From: an uncultured Planctomycetota bacterium
Lineage (GTDB): Bacteria; Planctomycetota; Planctomycetia; Gemmatales; HRBIN36
NCBI GenBank assembly: GCA_937944855.1
Contig: CALFAY010000022.1
Span: forward strand, 14,507-78,506
Direction: 5' to 3'
Length of the DNA stretch: 64,000 nucleotides
Shown: piece by piece, positions 40,489 to 50,927 of the stretch
Position numbering within the stretch: the first letter of the stretch is position 1
Layout: every line of letters starts with the position of its first letter
Program-made: the position numbers and the translations under genes
Notes under the pieces: model-generated
The model's database searches: none
Told to the model about the DNA's origin: nothing
What the model saw: the letters and a program-made list of their open reading frames with translations, nothing else

Positions 40489-42888
40489 TCAAGGGGCTGA
40501 CTTGGTTTCCTGCTTCTGATCCGGGTACTTGACGCGGGCGTGATACATGGCGATGAGGCTCATCGACAGGCTCTCTTCGATGATCCGCAGTTCGCTGAGC
40601 GTCAAGCCGCTTTCATCGAATTGGCCGTCCATGAGGCGTTTCAGGAGGATGTCGTGGACCAGCTTCCGCAGGCTGCTCGGCCCCGGTTCGCTCAAGGCCC
40701 GGCTGGCCCCCTCGACGGCGTCCGCCAGCATGAGGATGCCGATTTCCTTCGTCTGAGGCCGTGGCCCGGGATAACGGAAGGTTGATTCCAGCTCCGGACT
40801 GCCGTTGCCGTTTTCGTGCAGCTTCAAGGCTTCCTGGTAGAAGTATTCCACCAGCGTGTTGCCGTGGTGCTGCTCGATGAAGTCAATGATCGCCTGCGGC
40901 AGGCGGTGTCGGCGAGCCAGCTCGACGCCGTCCTTGACATGACCAATGATGATGAGAGCGCTGATGCCGGGGGCCAGCGAGGCATGGCGGCTGGTGCCGG
41001 ACTGGTTCTCGACGAAGTAATCCGGCTTGAGCATCTTGCCGATGTCGTGGAAGTAAGCGCCAACCCGGGCCAGCAGCGAATTGGCCCCGATCGCCTTGGC
41101 AGCCGTCTCCGCCAGAAGGGCGACGGTCATGCTGTGCGTGTAAGTGCCTGGCGCCCGCTGGATCAGTTCCTGAAGCAGCGGGTGGCTCATGTCGCCTAGT
41201 TCGAGCAGGCTCATGTCCGTGAGGATGCCGAAGAGCCGTTCGATGAGCGGCAGCAGGCCGGTCAGAAACAGCCCGGACACAAAGCCCCACAGGAAGCGTC
41301 GGGAGGCGTCCAGACCGATCAGCGACCAGGGCTGATCGGTGACCAGTCCGGCGGCCACGGTCATGACGGCGTAGCCAAGCCCGGCGGCCACCCCGACCCA
41401 GGCCAGTTGCGAGCGGGTGCGGACATTGCGAAGCGCCAGCAGGGCCACGGTGGAACCGCTGACCAGAACCAGAAAGTGCCGGGCCAGATCGGTACCCAGG
41501 GCCAAGGTGACGACCAGGGCCATGCACACCGAGACGATCCAGGCGAAGGCCTGATTGTAGGCCATCCGCAGGATTAAAGCGGTCATGGTCAACGGCAGGA
41601 TCGCCCCGTACCAGGGCGGCTGACTCAACAAGATCGCCAGTCCCAGCGCTCCGACGATCAAGCCGGAGACCAGGACGAGTTGATACACGCTGTCCGCCAG
41701 CTGAGGAAGCGTCTGGGCACCGTAGAAACAGACGAAAGCCGTCAGCGTGGCAATGATGACTAGCAAGGCGAACCAGCGGCGGAGGTGGTCCTGCCAGGTC
41801 AGACTGGCCAGGAAGGTCCGGTGTTCCTCCCGCAGCAGGGGAATGTCCTTTTCCTGGATCGGCCGGCCCTGTTCGATCAGCGGCGCGCCGCGCTTGTATT
41901 CCTTGCGTTGCTCGGGGACGCTGGCGGCGGCGTGGGCACGGGCCTGTTCCGTGGCTGCGGGGTTGTACTGGAGCGTGCCCGGCAGGCGCGTCGGCCTCCG
42001 GTCGGAACCGACGACGAGGCGGTAGAGGCGCTCGGCAATTTTCTCGTTTTGAAATGCCTTGGCGAACTGGAGGTAGAGCGGGCCGCGGTCGCCGCGGGGA
42101 TCGCCGATCAGCTTGGACTTGAGGACTTCCTCGGGCAAAGCGTTGAAGCGGCTGCCGTCGGGACGGACAACGGTCAGCTGAGTAGCCCGGCGGAGGGTTT
42201 CCTCGGACTCGCGGACTTCGTCTTCCAGGATGCCCCCGGCCAGCAGCGAGGAGAAAGCCGCCTCGACGCGGGCGCGGAGGTCGTTCTCGCCTCGAATCGG
42301 ATAGCGGGCCATTTCGAAGCCCAGGACGCCAAACACCTCCGCAGGGATCGGCGGCGGCGGAGCGGGAGCCAGCGGCACCACCGCCAGATAGCTCAAACTC
42401 CGCTCCGGTTCGTTACGCAGAGCGCTGCTCAAGGCCCGCAATTCGTCTTCCGACAACGACCAGAAGCGGACCATTTCGGGGTCGAGCTGGTCGAAGGAAC
42501 CGGCGTGGGCGGCCAGCAGGAGTTGGGTCAGGCGGAGTTGCAGTTCCTGGAGCGGTTCCGGGTTGAGGTCGAGGATGGGATGCACAGCCGCGGCGGCTTG
42601 TTCACGCCGCAGCTGCGTGGCTGGCAGGTCGAGGACCGAAAAGTCGATCTTGACGCGAATATCGCGGGGATAGACCTCACCTTCGCGGAAGGCGAAAGGC
42701 GGTCCCCAATTGCCTCCGCCGGCGTAGCAGACCAGACTGAGGGCGAGCACGGTCGCGGAGACGATAGCCAACCGGACCAACAGCGCCTTCCGCCGGGCCC
42801 AACGCTCCTCGGGAGTTCCGAGCCGTTCGCTGCGGGCCTGATCCTGCCAGACTTTCAGACGTGATTGGCGTCGTGGATTGCTAAACAT
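40489..42888 (-). CDS. 7TM-HD family phosphohydrolase (PgpH-like)
   Basis: Extracellular domain, multi-TM block, APGTYTHS, FHDIGK, HHG, FRYPGPRP, MLADAVE. Confidence 0.92.
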   Translation of the reverse strand: MFSNPRRQSRLKVWQDQARSERLGTPEERWARRKALLVRLAIVSATVLALSLVCYAGGGNWGPPFAFREGEVYPRDIRVKIDFSVLDLPATQLRREQAAAAVHPILDLNPEPLQELQLRLTQLLLAAHAGSFDQLDPEMVRFWSLSEDELRALSSALRNEPERSLSYLAVVPLAPAPPPPIPAEVFGVLGFEMARYPIRGENDLRARVEAAFSSLLAGGILEDEVRESEETLRRATQLTVVRPDGSRFNALPEEVLKSKLIGDPRGDRGPLYLQFAKAFQNEKIAERLYRLVVGSDRRPTRLPGTLQYNPAATEQARAHAAASVPEQRKEYKRGAPLIEQGRPIQEKDIPLLREEHRTFLASLTWQDHLRRWFALLVIIATLTAFVCFYGAQTLPQLADSVYQLVLVSGLIVGALGLAILLSQPPWYGAILPLTMTALILRMAYNQAFAWIVSVCMALVVTLALGTDLARHFLVLVSGSTVALLALRNVRTRSQLAWVGVAAGLGYAVMTVAAGLVTDQPWSLIGLDASRRFLWGFVSGLFLTGLLPLIERLFGILTDMSLLELGDMSHPLLQELIQRAPGTYTHSMTVALLAETAAKAIGANSLLARVGAYFHDIGKMLKPDYFVENQSGTSRHASLAPGISALIIIGHVKDGVELARRHRLPQAIIDFIEQHHGNTLVEYFYQEALKLHENGNGSPELESTFRYPGPRPQTKEIGILMLADAVEGASRALSEPGPSSLRKLVHDILLKRLMDGQFDESGLTLSELRIIEESLSMSLIAMYHARVKYPDQKQETKSAP

Positions 42889-43035
42889 GTCCCGCTACTA
42901 CAGGGGACCCTCGATGGGCGGCTGCGGCTCCCGCGCGTTTAGAGCCGGGTGCTTCCTGTCATCCTTCACCCCTCGATGCGGATGGTACGATGCGAGTTCG
43001 GGCTGGGCTGCATTGCTCTTCCATGCTAACCGATC

Positions 43036-43064
43036 ATTATACGGACTAATTGCACCGGCCACAA
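43036..43064 (-). promoter_or_regulatory. Sigma70-type promoter for the 7TM-HD gene
   Basis: TTGTGG-17 nt-TATAAT on the minus strand. Confidence 0.55.
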
Positions 43065-43351
43065 GCCGACAGCCAAGCATGGCCGTCCCTCACGGTTTCG
43101 GCAGATCGGGCGGCGATCCGGGGGCTGTGCCAGCGCGCGGTGTCGGTCGAGGCCGGCAATTTCTCCAGCTTCCAGTATGGTGGTCGAAGCCGCAATCGCA
43201 GATTCAACGCCGCGCGGGGTGCCAGTCCGCGATCGCCAGAGAGCCGAAGGCTCCTCTCTGCTTCATTCATTCAATGATTCACTGGGTGCGGCTCAGCGCA
43301 GATCTGGCGGGCCAATGCAGCCTCGGGGCTTCGGAGTTGGCAAGTTGCTTG

Positions 43352-43380
43352 TTGACGGCGAGGCGGCAGTCGTTTAACCT
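43352..43380 (+). promoter_or_regulatory. Sigma70-type promoter for the hybrid kinase
   Basis: TTGACG-17 nt-TAACCT. Confidence 0.55.
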
Positions 43381-43543
43381 TGAAGAACTTTGGTGGAGGC
43401 GGTGTGGACGTTCACTCCGTGGCCGAGGGTCACGGTGCGGTTCTGGTCATTCCGGGAAGCAATCGCTTCAGGTTTGATTGTCGTTGTCGTCCGGAGGACG
43501 ACCGAACGCCTGTTTGCCCAGAACAGAGAAGGAAGTCAGGACG

Positions 43544-46153
43544 ATGCCAGAACACAGCCCATTCGCCAGTTCCGAGGCCTTGAAATCTCGACCTCAGTCG
43601 ATTGCCCTGTCCCCGGAGCACCCCTTACTCAAAACGCTGGACCGGATTGCGGCGCTTCCCCTGACCGTGGATGCGTCGGACACGCTGGTGAAACAACTGG
43701 TCACAGCCGGAGCGGAAGGTCTCGGCTGGCCGATGATGGCGCTGCAACTGGTCGATCCGCAACGGCCGGTGCTGCATCTGCGCGCGGCAGTGGGTCTGCC
43801 CCAGACCTTTGCCGATCAGGTCCGTGATCTTCCCCTGGGAGGCCCTCAGGTCGGCATCTGTGCCACGGCGATCCGGCAGGCTCAGCCCATCATCATTGAG
43901 GACATCGTTAACGATCCCCGTTTCCCCGGCGTGGCGGAGTGGTTGACTGGCCAGGGCATCCGCTCCGTGTGGTCAATTCCGCTGACCGGACTGGACAACC
44001 GCTGCTTTGGCACATTGGCGGTCTTTCACCCGGGGCCAGCCTCGCCCGGCCGGGATGCCCTGGCCGCGTTGCAGTTATTGGCTCGGGAAATCGCTTTAGC
44101 CCTCGAAACGGCTCGATTGTTGTCAACCACTCGGCGACAGGCCGAGGAGTTGGCAGCCTCGCAAACCACTCTGGAAGCTGCCCTCGATCAAGCGGACGAA
44201 GGCTATTGGATCATTGGTCCGGACCGCCAGACGCTGGCGTACAACCAGGCGTTAAGTCGGGTCTTCGGCGGATCCCCTCCGGAACGCTTTTGCACCCCGG
44301 AAGACCTGATTGCCAGGCCGATGTTCTTTCACCCTGATGGCCGACCCGTTTTGTTCCGCGAATGTCCAGTTTTTCGGGCCTTTGATGGACATGTGTGTCA
44401 GGGTGAAGACATCGTGGTTCGCCGAAGCGACGGATCGCAGGTCTTCGTTTCCGTGAAGGCCAAGCCACTTCAGCGGGACGGGAAGATGCTCGGCGTCCTG
44501 GCTGTGGTCCGCGATCGCACTGAGGAGAAACGGGCTGAGCATCAACGGAACACGCTTCGGCGCCTGTCCGAACAGTTGGTGGCCGTCGATAGTCCCCGCG
44601 ACGTGGCCGAGGCTGCCTATCGGGCCGCCATCGAGTTGTTCAAACCCGATTGCTTCCTGCTCGACTGGTACGACACACCGACCCACGTCATGCACTCGGT
44701 GCTTCTGATCGATCTCGACAACACCGGCATTCCCCGTGAATACCTCCGGGAGCCGCTTCCGGTATCCGAAGACATGCGGGAGGTGATTCAGGGTCGGCCG
44801 CTGGTCATCAATCGCATTCAGGGCACGGAACGGCTGACCCTGCGGCCGATCGGTTCCGGCCGACGTTCCGCCAGCTTGCTTTTCGCTCCGGTGCGAAGGC
44901 GCGGCGAGACGGTGGGGCTGCTTTCCGTGCAGAGTTACACGGTGCTTCGCTACAGCGAAGCGGACTTGCCGCTCCTTCAGGAACTGGCCGACTTGATCGG
45001 CCCCGCGCTGTTGCATGCCCATCTGCGGGAAGAACTGGAAGCCCGACGCTCCCAGGAGGCCCGTCAGGAGCGGCTCGTCGCTCTGGAAAAAATGGCGGCC
45101 GGCATCGCTCACAATTTCAACAATCTGCTTACGGGGATTCTGGGCTACGCCGATCTTCTGTGCTACCGGGACGACCTGGATCCGTCGGCCCGGGAGATGG
45201 TTGAGCACATCCGCACTTCGGCCCTGGACGCCGCGGCCGTGGTCAAGCGGCTCCAGGAGTTTCACCGCTCCAAGAGCAGCGTCGCCGAAAGCCAGATGCT
45301 GGATTTGTGCGAACTCATTCGCGGCCTGGTGGAAGCGGCTCGACCCCGCTGGTACGACATGCCGCGTCGAACCGGCGTTACCGTGGACGTGCAACTCGAT
45401 CTTCAGCCGGTCCCCCGCATCCGAGGATACCGTCAGGAAATCCTCAACGGGCTGAACGAGTTGCTGTTCAACGCCGTCGAAGCGATGCCCAAGGGCGGCG
45501 TCATCCGCATCGCCACCCGGCAGGACGGCCAGGACGCCGTGGTGACTGTCGCCGACACTGGCGTCGGCATTCCGCCAGAAGTCCTGGAACACTGTTTCGA
45601 GCCGTTCTTTTTGAGCAAAGTAAGGCGTGGCAGCGGGCTGGGCCTTCCCTCGGTACATGGAATGGTGGCCCGTCACAGCGGACAGATCAGCGTCCGCAGC
45701 GAAGTCGGTAAAGGCACGGAGTTCACCCTTCGCTTTCCGGCAGAAGCAGTCTCCCGTTCTCAGGCTGTCCGTCCGTCGGTTCCGGCCGGTGGAACCCGGA
45801 AAGCCTTCCGAGTTCTGGCCATTGATGATGAACCGATCGTCGGCCGCATCATTCAGGCCACGCTTTCCCGCCACGGCTATTCCGTGTGCCTGGCCAACGA
45901 CGGGCCGAGCGGACTGGGCATGCTCAAGCAACAGCCCTTCGACATCGTCATCACCGATCTGGGCATGCCCGCGATGGACGGCTTCGAGGTGGCTCGAAAG
46001 ATCAAGGAACTGTTGCCCACCCTCCCCGTCGTCATCCTGACCGGTTGGGAGCAGAACACGCTCCCGCTGGAGGGCGTTCCCGTGGATGCCGTGCTACAAA
46101 AGCCGATCGGCGTCCACGATCTCATCTCGACCATCGAAGGCTTGGTAAGCTAA
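43544..46153 (+). CDS. GAF-PAS-GAF hybrid histidine kinase with receiver domain
   Basis: GAF and PAS-like segments, AGIAHNFNNLL, NAVEAM, GSGLGL, receiver IDDE...TDLGMP...KP. Confidence 0.92.
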   Translation: MPEHSPFASSEALKSRPQSIALSPEHPLLKTLDRIAALPLTVDASDTLVKQLVTAGAEGLGWPMMALQLVDPQRPVLHLRAAVGLPQTFADQVRDLPLGGPQVGICATAIRQAQPIIIEDIVNDPRFPGVAEWLTGQGIRSVWSIPLTGLDNRCFGTLAVFHPGPASPGRDALAALQLLAREIALALETARLLSTTRRQAEELAASQTTLEAALDQADEGYWIIGPDRQTLAYNQALSRVFGGSPPERFCTPEDLIARPMFFHPDGRPVLFRECPVFRAFDGHVCQGEDIVVRRSDGSQVFVSVKAKPLQRDGKMLGVLAVVRDRTEEKRAEHQRNTLRRLSEQLVAVDSPRDVAEAAYRAAIELFKPDCFLLDWYDTPTHVMHSVLLIDLDNTGIPREYLREPLPVSEDMREVIQGRPLVINRIQGTERLTLRPIGSGRRSASLLFAPVRRRGETVGLLSVQSYTVLRYSEADLPLLQELADLIGPALLHAHLREELEARRSQEARQERLVALEKMAAGIAHNFNNLLTGILGYADLLCYRDDLDPSAREMVEHIRTSALDAAAVVKRLQEFHRSKSSVAESQMLDLCELIRGLVEAARPRWYDMPRRTGVTVDVQLDLQPVPRIRGYRQEILNGLNELLFNAVEAMPKGGVIRIATRQDGQDAVVTVADTGVGIPPEVLEHCFEPFFLSKVRRGSGLGLPSVHGMVARHSGQISVRSEVGKGTEFTLRFPAEAVSRSQAVRPSVPAGGTRKAFRVLAIDDEPIVGRIIQATLSRHGYSVCLANDGPSGLGMLKQQPFDIVITDLGMPAMDGFEVARKIKELLPTLPVVILTGWEQNTLPLEGVPVDAVLQKPIGVHDLISTIEGLVS

Positions 46154-46165
46154 ACAACCGGGGCG

Positions 46166-46873
46166 TCAGAACTCTTCCTGAACCGGATCCGAGCCGCCGG
46201 TTCCGGGCGTGGCCTGGTCGAACAAGGCGGCGATGCGCGCGGCCTCGGCTGTGAATTCAGGCACCTGTTCGGGATGGCAGGTTGCGCTGTCCCGATAGAC
46301 GAGGAGCATTCCTTCCTTGCTCTCGACGGACCATCCCGGATGGCTGGCGAAGTAATCAAGGACATCGGGGTTAAAGGCGGCCCGGATCTGTTCCTCGTCT
46401 GGACCTCGCAGCAAGTACTTTCTGGAAAATTCCCGGTGCTCCTCGAAGTTGATGTCCCGATAGCCGAGCGCCTGCATCACCTTGACCAGGAAGTTTTCCG
46501 GTGACAACTCGAAATGCGGAAGGCGAGTGGCCAGTTGGGGGAAGACCGCCACCGTCTGCGTGTGCGTCGAGCGGTTCTTGCCGCTGCCGGTCGTGTATTT
46601 GTAGTCCATGACGAGGACTTCCCGCGAGGCGACCTGTCCCCGCATGGCGTTGTAGCCTGCTGCTTGGCCGCCGCGATTGAACAGGGAGAAATGACGCAGC
46701 TGGCTTGTCAGGATCCCTAAAGACTTATCCAGCCAGTCGAAGCCCATGAGCTGGGCGGCCTCGGCCAGGGCCTTGCGACGTTTCTCGCTGACGTAATTTC
46801 CGTAGATCCCTGTCGCCACAGCCAGGCCGATAAACAGCAGAAAACATACGCATGGGATGCTGAATTCGAACAT
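46166..46873 (-). CDS. Hypothetical membrane-anchored protein
   Basis: N-terminal TM; DYKYTTGSGKNRSTHTQTV and DINFEEHREFSRKYLLRG segments; fills the gap between known genes. Confidence 0.75.
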   Translation of the reverse strand: MFEFSIPCVCFLLFIGLAVATGIYGNYVSEKRRKALAEAAQLMGFDWLDKSLGILTSQLRHFSLFNRGGQAAGYNAMRGQVASREVLVMDYKYTTGSGKNRSTHTQTVAVFPQLATRLPHFELSPENFLVKVMQALGYRDINFEEHREFSRKYLLRGPDEEQIRAAFNPDVLDYFASHPGWSVESKEGMLLVYRDSATCHPEQVPEFTAEAARIAALFDQATPGTGGSDPVQEEF

Positions 46874-46971
46874 CGAGACCCCTCTCGGATCAGGCACCGT
46901 GGGCAGGGCGGCTGCTGCCCTTTCGGCGCAGGTGATCGTCTCTGCAACAGCCGGATTGCATAATGCACTTC

Positions 46972-48138
46972 ATGGATACTCTGCCTCAGATTCGCCTCAA
47001 AATCGAGCGCCGTTCAGCCCATCCGTGGATTTACCAAAAAATGGTGGAGAAGCCCAGCCGCAAGGTTCCCAACGGCAGCGTTGTGGACGTGGTGGACCGC
47101 ACGGGTGCCTGGGTAGGTCGGGGTTTCTGGAACGGCCATTCCCGCATCAGCCTGCGCATCTTGACCCGCGATCCTAACCAGGCCATTGACGCCGAGTTCT
47201 TCCGCCGCCGCATCGCCCAGGCCATCTCCCTTCGGCGTCACGTCCTCAACCTGGACGCCGTCACCGACGCCTATCGCCTCGTTCATTCCGAAGGCGACCA
47301 GCTCAGCGGTCTGGTCGTGGACCGCTTCGGCCCGGTGCTCGTCATTGAGTTCTTCGCTGCCGGGATGTTTCGATTTCGAGAAGAAATCCTCAAAGCCCTG
47401 GGAGAGCAGTTTGCCGACAGCCGCTTCTACTGGTTTGCCGAGGAGCATGTGCAGAAGCAGGAGTCGTTCGACTGTCGGGAGCCGCCGGCTCCTGATGCCG
47501 TCGTCATCACGGAGCACGGCCTGCGGTTCCGCGTCGCTCCGGGAGCCAAGCATAAGACGGGCTTTTTCCTCGATCAGCGCGACAACCGGCGTCGGCTGGC
47601 GGACTTGTGCAGCGGTCGCCGCGTCCTGGACCTGTGCTGCAACACGGGCGGATTCGCGCTCTACGCCAAAGCGCTGGGGAAGGCGGAAGAAGTGATTGGC
47701 CTCGATCTCGACGAAGAAGCTCTCGAACTGGCCCGTGGGAATGCCAACCTCAATCAGGTCCGCATCCGCTTCGTGCAAAGTGATCTGTTTCCCTGGCTGC
47801 GGGATGCCATCACCAACGGTCAACGCTTTGACGTGGTAGTTCTGGATCCGTCCAAGCAGACCCGCTCCCGGGAAGAACTCGGCGAAGCTCTGAAACGCTA
47901 TCTGGACATGAATCGGCTCGCCCTTCAGGTGGTTGCTCCTGGGGGCGTGTTTCTGACCTGCTCCTGCACCGGCCTGGTGCGAGAGGAAGAATTCCTGGAC
48001 GTGGTTCGGCGAGCGGCCTGGCAGGCGGGACGCTCCGTCCAGGTGTTCCACGTCAGCGGGGCGGCAGGCGATCATCCGTGGCTTCTGCACGTCCCCGAAA
48101 GTCGTTACCTCAAAGCCGTCTGGTGCCGCGTGGAATAA
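46972..48138 (+). CDS. Class I SAM-dependent rRNA methyltransferase (RlmI-like)
   Basis: HPWIY PUA-like start, EGDQLSGL, KTGFFLDQRDNR, VVLDPS, TCSC, YLK. Confidence 0.92.
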   Translation: MDTLPQIRLKIERRSAHPWIYQKMVEKPSRKVPNGSVVDVVDRTGAWVGRGFWNGHSRISLRILTRDPNQAIDAEFFRRRIAQAISLRRHVLNLDAVTDAYRLVHSEGDQLSGLVVDRFGPVLVIEFFAAGMFRFREEILKALGEQFADSRFYWFAEEHVQKQESFDCREPPAPDAVVITEHGLRFRVAPGAKHKTGFFLDQRDNRRRLADLCSGRRVLDLCCNTGGFALYAKALGKAEEVIGLDLDEEALELARGNANLNQVRIRFVQSDLFPWLRDAITNGQRFDVVVLDPSKQTRSREELGEALKRYLDMNRLALQVVAPGGVFLTCSCTGLVREEEFLDVVRRAAWQAGRSVQVFHVSGAAGDHPWLLHVPESRYLKAVWCRVE

Positions 48139-48192
48139 TCGCCGGTGATCGGCTACACTGTCGAAGCTCCGTGAATCAACCGGGAATCATGT

Positions 48193-48984
48193 ATGCGAAT
48201 TCTGGTCATCGGCGACATCGTAGGCAAACCGGGCGTGGAAGCAGTGGCGGCTCTGCTGCCGGAACTGATCGCTTCGGAGAATATCCATTTTGTCGTGGCC
48301 AACGCCGAGAACGCCAGCGGGGGAGCGGGTATCTCCCTCAAGGCGTATCGCAAGCTGCGCAATGCCGGCGTGGACGTGGTGACGATGGGGGACCACATTT
48401 ACAACAAGGCTGACATTTACCGCCTCATCGCAGATCAGGAGCCTGTCGTCAAACCGGCCAATTACCCCAGTGAATCCCCCGGAGCGGAGTTTTTCATAGC
48501 CCCAGCCCGGGACGGCACTTTGGTCGGCGTCTTCAGCCTGCTCGGTCGTCTGTTCATGCGGCCGGTCGATTGCCCCTTCAAAGCCGCCGATCGCGTTCTG
48601 GGTGTGCTGAAGGAAGAAGTGTGCTGCATTGTCGTCGATCTGCACGCCGAAGCGACCGGCGACAAAGCGGTAATTGGCCGCTATCTGGACGGCAAGGTTA
48701 GCGCGGTGATCGGCACGCATACACACGTTCCGACGGCCGACGAGTGCATTCTTCCGGGGGGCACGGCCTTTCTGACCGACGTCGGCATGACCGGGCCGTA
48801 TGAGAGCATCCTGGGACGGCGCATTGACCGCGTTCTCCAGGCCAATCTCACCTTCGTTCCCACACCGTTCGACGTGGCCGAGGGCGATCCTCGTCTGGCC
48901 GCCGCTCTGATCGACGTGGACGAACAGACCGGCAAGGCCCGTTTCATTCGCCGTGTCATGCGGTCTCTCAAGTCCTTAGCCTGA
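48193..48984 (+). CDS. YmdB/TIGR00282 family metallophosphoesterase
   Basis: IGDIVGKPG, NAEN, DLHAEAT, GTHTHVPTAD, TDVGMTGP. Confidence 0.93.
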   Translation: MRILVIGDIVGKPGVEAVAALLPELIASENIHFVVANAENASGGAGISLKAYRKLRNAGVDVVTMGDHIYNKADIYRLIADQEPVVKPANYPSESPGAEFFIAPARDGTLVGVFSLLGRLFMRPVDCPFKAADRVLGVLKEEVCCIVVDLHAEATGDKAVIGRYLDGKVSAVIGTHTHVPTADECILPGGTAFLTDVGMTGPYESILGRRIDRVLQANLTFVPTPFDVAEGDPRLAAALIDVDEQTGKARFIRRVMRSLKSLA

Positions 48985-48994
48985 TACAAGTTAC

Positions 48995-49042
48995 AAAAAC
49001 CGACGGCAGCCGGCGGGGTGCCTGCCGCGCCGTGCTGCCGTC
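48995..49042 (-). terminator. Probable intrinsic terminator between convergent genes
   Basis: GACGGCAGC/GCTGCCGTC stem; TTTTT follows on the minus strand. Confidence 0.55.
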
Positions 49043-49109
49043 CGATGGAGGTCGGTTATCCCGGTCTGGGTCTTTTCCGGGAGTGCTTGCCGGACTGCAC
49101 TGCCTGAGA

Positions 49110-49688
49110 TCACAGATTGTCGCGCTTCTGTTGCACCAGGGTCTTGATCCGCTGGGCCAGAAGGGCGACATCGAACGGCTTCTTGAAGACCTCGTTGAAG
49201 CCGTAGTTGAGCAGAGCTTCGGGGTTCGGCTCGTCTTCCAGGGCCAGAGCCACGATCAGGGTTTCTTCGTACTGGGGATTGCGGCGGAGATTCTGAGCGA
49301 TCTGCAGGCCTTCGCTGCGGCCCATCGCCAAGTCAACGATGATCGTGTCGGGATGAAAGCTCTCGGCCTGGATGCCGGCTTCGAAGCCGCTGTTAGCGCA
49401 TTCAAACTTGTAATCGTCGCGTTCGGGGAGCAGGTCCTTCATCCGGTCGATGAAGAGCTTCTCGGCTCCGATGATGAGAATCTTATGCCAGCCCTCCTCT
49501 TCGAGTTCTCCCAGCGGCATTCCATGTTCCTTAAGGAACCGGATCAGATGCTCGCGGGGAATGCGGCGATCCTGGCTGCCGGGAATGCGGTAGCCGCGGA
49601 GCCGACCGGAGTCGAACCATTTGCTGACCGTGCGCGGGGCCACTTTGCAGATCTTCGCCACCTGGCCGGTTGTGAACACTTTCCTCAT
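49110..49688 (-). CDS. Excisionase-like HTH + receiver-domain regulator
   Basis: MRKVFTTGQVAKICKVAPRTVSKWFDSG...RRIP HTH, then receiver-like IIVDL...KKPF. Confidence 0.9.
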   Translation of the reverse strand: MRKVFTTGQVAKICKVAPRTVSKWFDSGRLRGYRIPGSQDRRIPREHLIRFLKEHGMPLGELEEEGWHKILIIGAEKLFIDRMKDLLPERDDYKFECANSGFEAGIQAESFHPDTIIVDLAMGRSEGLQIAQNLRRNPQYEETLIVALALEDEPNPEALLNYGFNEVFKKPFDVALLAQRIKTLVQQKRDNL

Positions 49689-50044
49689 GGCAGGCACTCC
49701 GTTTTTGTTTTGTGAGCCACTTGGGCCATGACGGGACGGACGCGGGATCGTCCACGGCATGGCTGCCCGCGGGCCGGCTTGCAGGCCGCCGACCGGCAAA
49801 TCGCGGGAACAATTTGCCGGTCCGGGCCGGCTCCGTCTGACCTCCGGCCGCGGGTCGGGATTCCATCCGCTGCCGGCGTACCGCCGTGTTTTTCCCTCCG
49901 CACGGTCCGGCACAGTCCGGCTGACGGTTTGCGATGCACTTCGCTTATCTTCCTTTTCGGCCAAGAATCCCCCGGAGATAAGAAAAAGGCCACAACTTGG
50001 GAAACTTCTGCGACTTGCCCACCAAACCCCTGCCGCGTCGTCCC

Positions 50045-50554
50045 GCGCAACTTTCCCGGCTGTTCGTTTCGTTCCATCCTTGCCGCCTGCCCCATTTACC
50101 CAACTCCTTATCTGGTCTTGACATGCAATCATTCGTCAGGCTTTGCACTGCGATTTTACGCCCCGCCGACAAGCCCAAACCGCATTCAACGCACCCTCGA
50201 TGCGCAACGTTTTCCAGCACCAACCCGGTGCAGAGAAACCCGTTGACGCCGCTGCCAGATGCACCCGGCTTAGCGATGCGCAACATTTTCCAGATCTGTT
50301 GTGCGGAACCTCTTCCAACCCCGCATCGAAGCGGTCAATTCGCCCTAAGCGATTCCAGATGCCAGACTTGCAATCGAAACTGATGTTGAATCCAGACTTT
50401 GGCCAGGCCGTTTCTTCCCAATCTTTCGCGCAACAAATGTCGCACGGCTGGTTAGAACAGCGTTCGCTGCGAAAACGATACCGGAAACCAGATGCCAAAA
50501 GCTTACAGATGTGCAACAAATCCCCGAGCCGAAGAAAGTGGCGCAACATTTTTC
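50045..50554. promoter_or_regulatory. Cluster of GCGCAAC motifs including a 20-bp direct repeat
   Basis: Copies at 50045, 50202, 50278, 50428, 50511 (GTGCAACA) and 50541; CGATGCGCAAC(G/A)TTTTCCAG at 50198-50217 and 50274-50293. Confidence 0.6.
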
Positions 50555-50927
50555 TGAGAAATGGTGACGGGCCAGCTAGCAGGTCCAGTCGGACGGACCG
50601 GCGGTGGACAGACTCTGCCTACCCAACCGCTGGTCTTTCCCGAGGCTAGCATGTGGCTTCTGGCTTCGACAACGGTGGTAGGCCATGCTTGGTCGGCCCG
50701 GCTTGACCGGCTCGACTCCCCCTGCCGCGCTCGCGACGACCCTGCCTTCCTGCCGGTGGAATCTTGTGGCGGAATGATTGTTCCCGTCGCATTTCGCCTT
50801 CGACGACACGCTCACCGTCGGACCCCATCAGCAAGCGGTCTTGTTGCATTTTGCTTTCCGTGATAACCTCCCCGTCCGCGGCAGATGGCGATTTTACGTC
50901 GCCTTTGTAGGCCTGGATGCCTGCCCT

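Noticed and set aside
43338-43353. Sigma-54 promoter-like TGGCAAG...TTGT
   Set aside because: Lacks the invariant GC at -12; an overlapping sigma70 promoter fits better.
49689-50132. Extended N-terminus of the 340-aa regulator ORF
   Set aside because: The conserved domain starts at MRKVFTTG (49688), with an RBS-like GGAG upstream.
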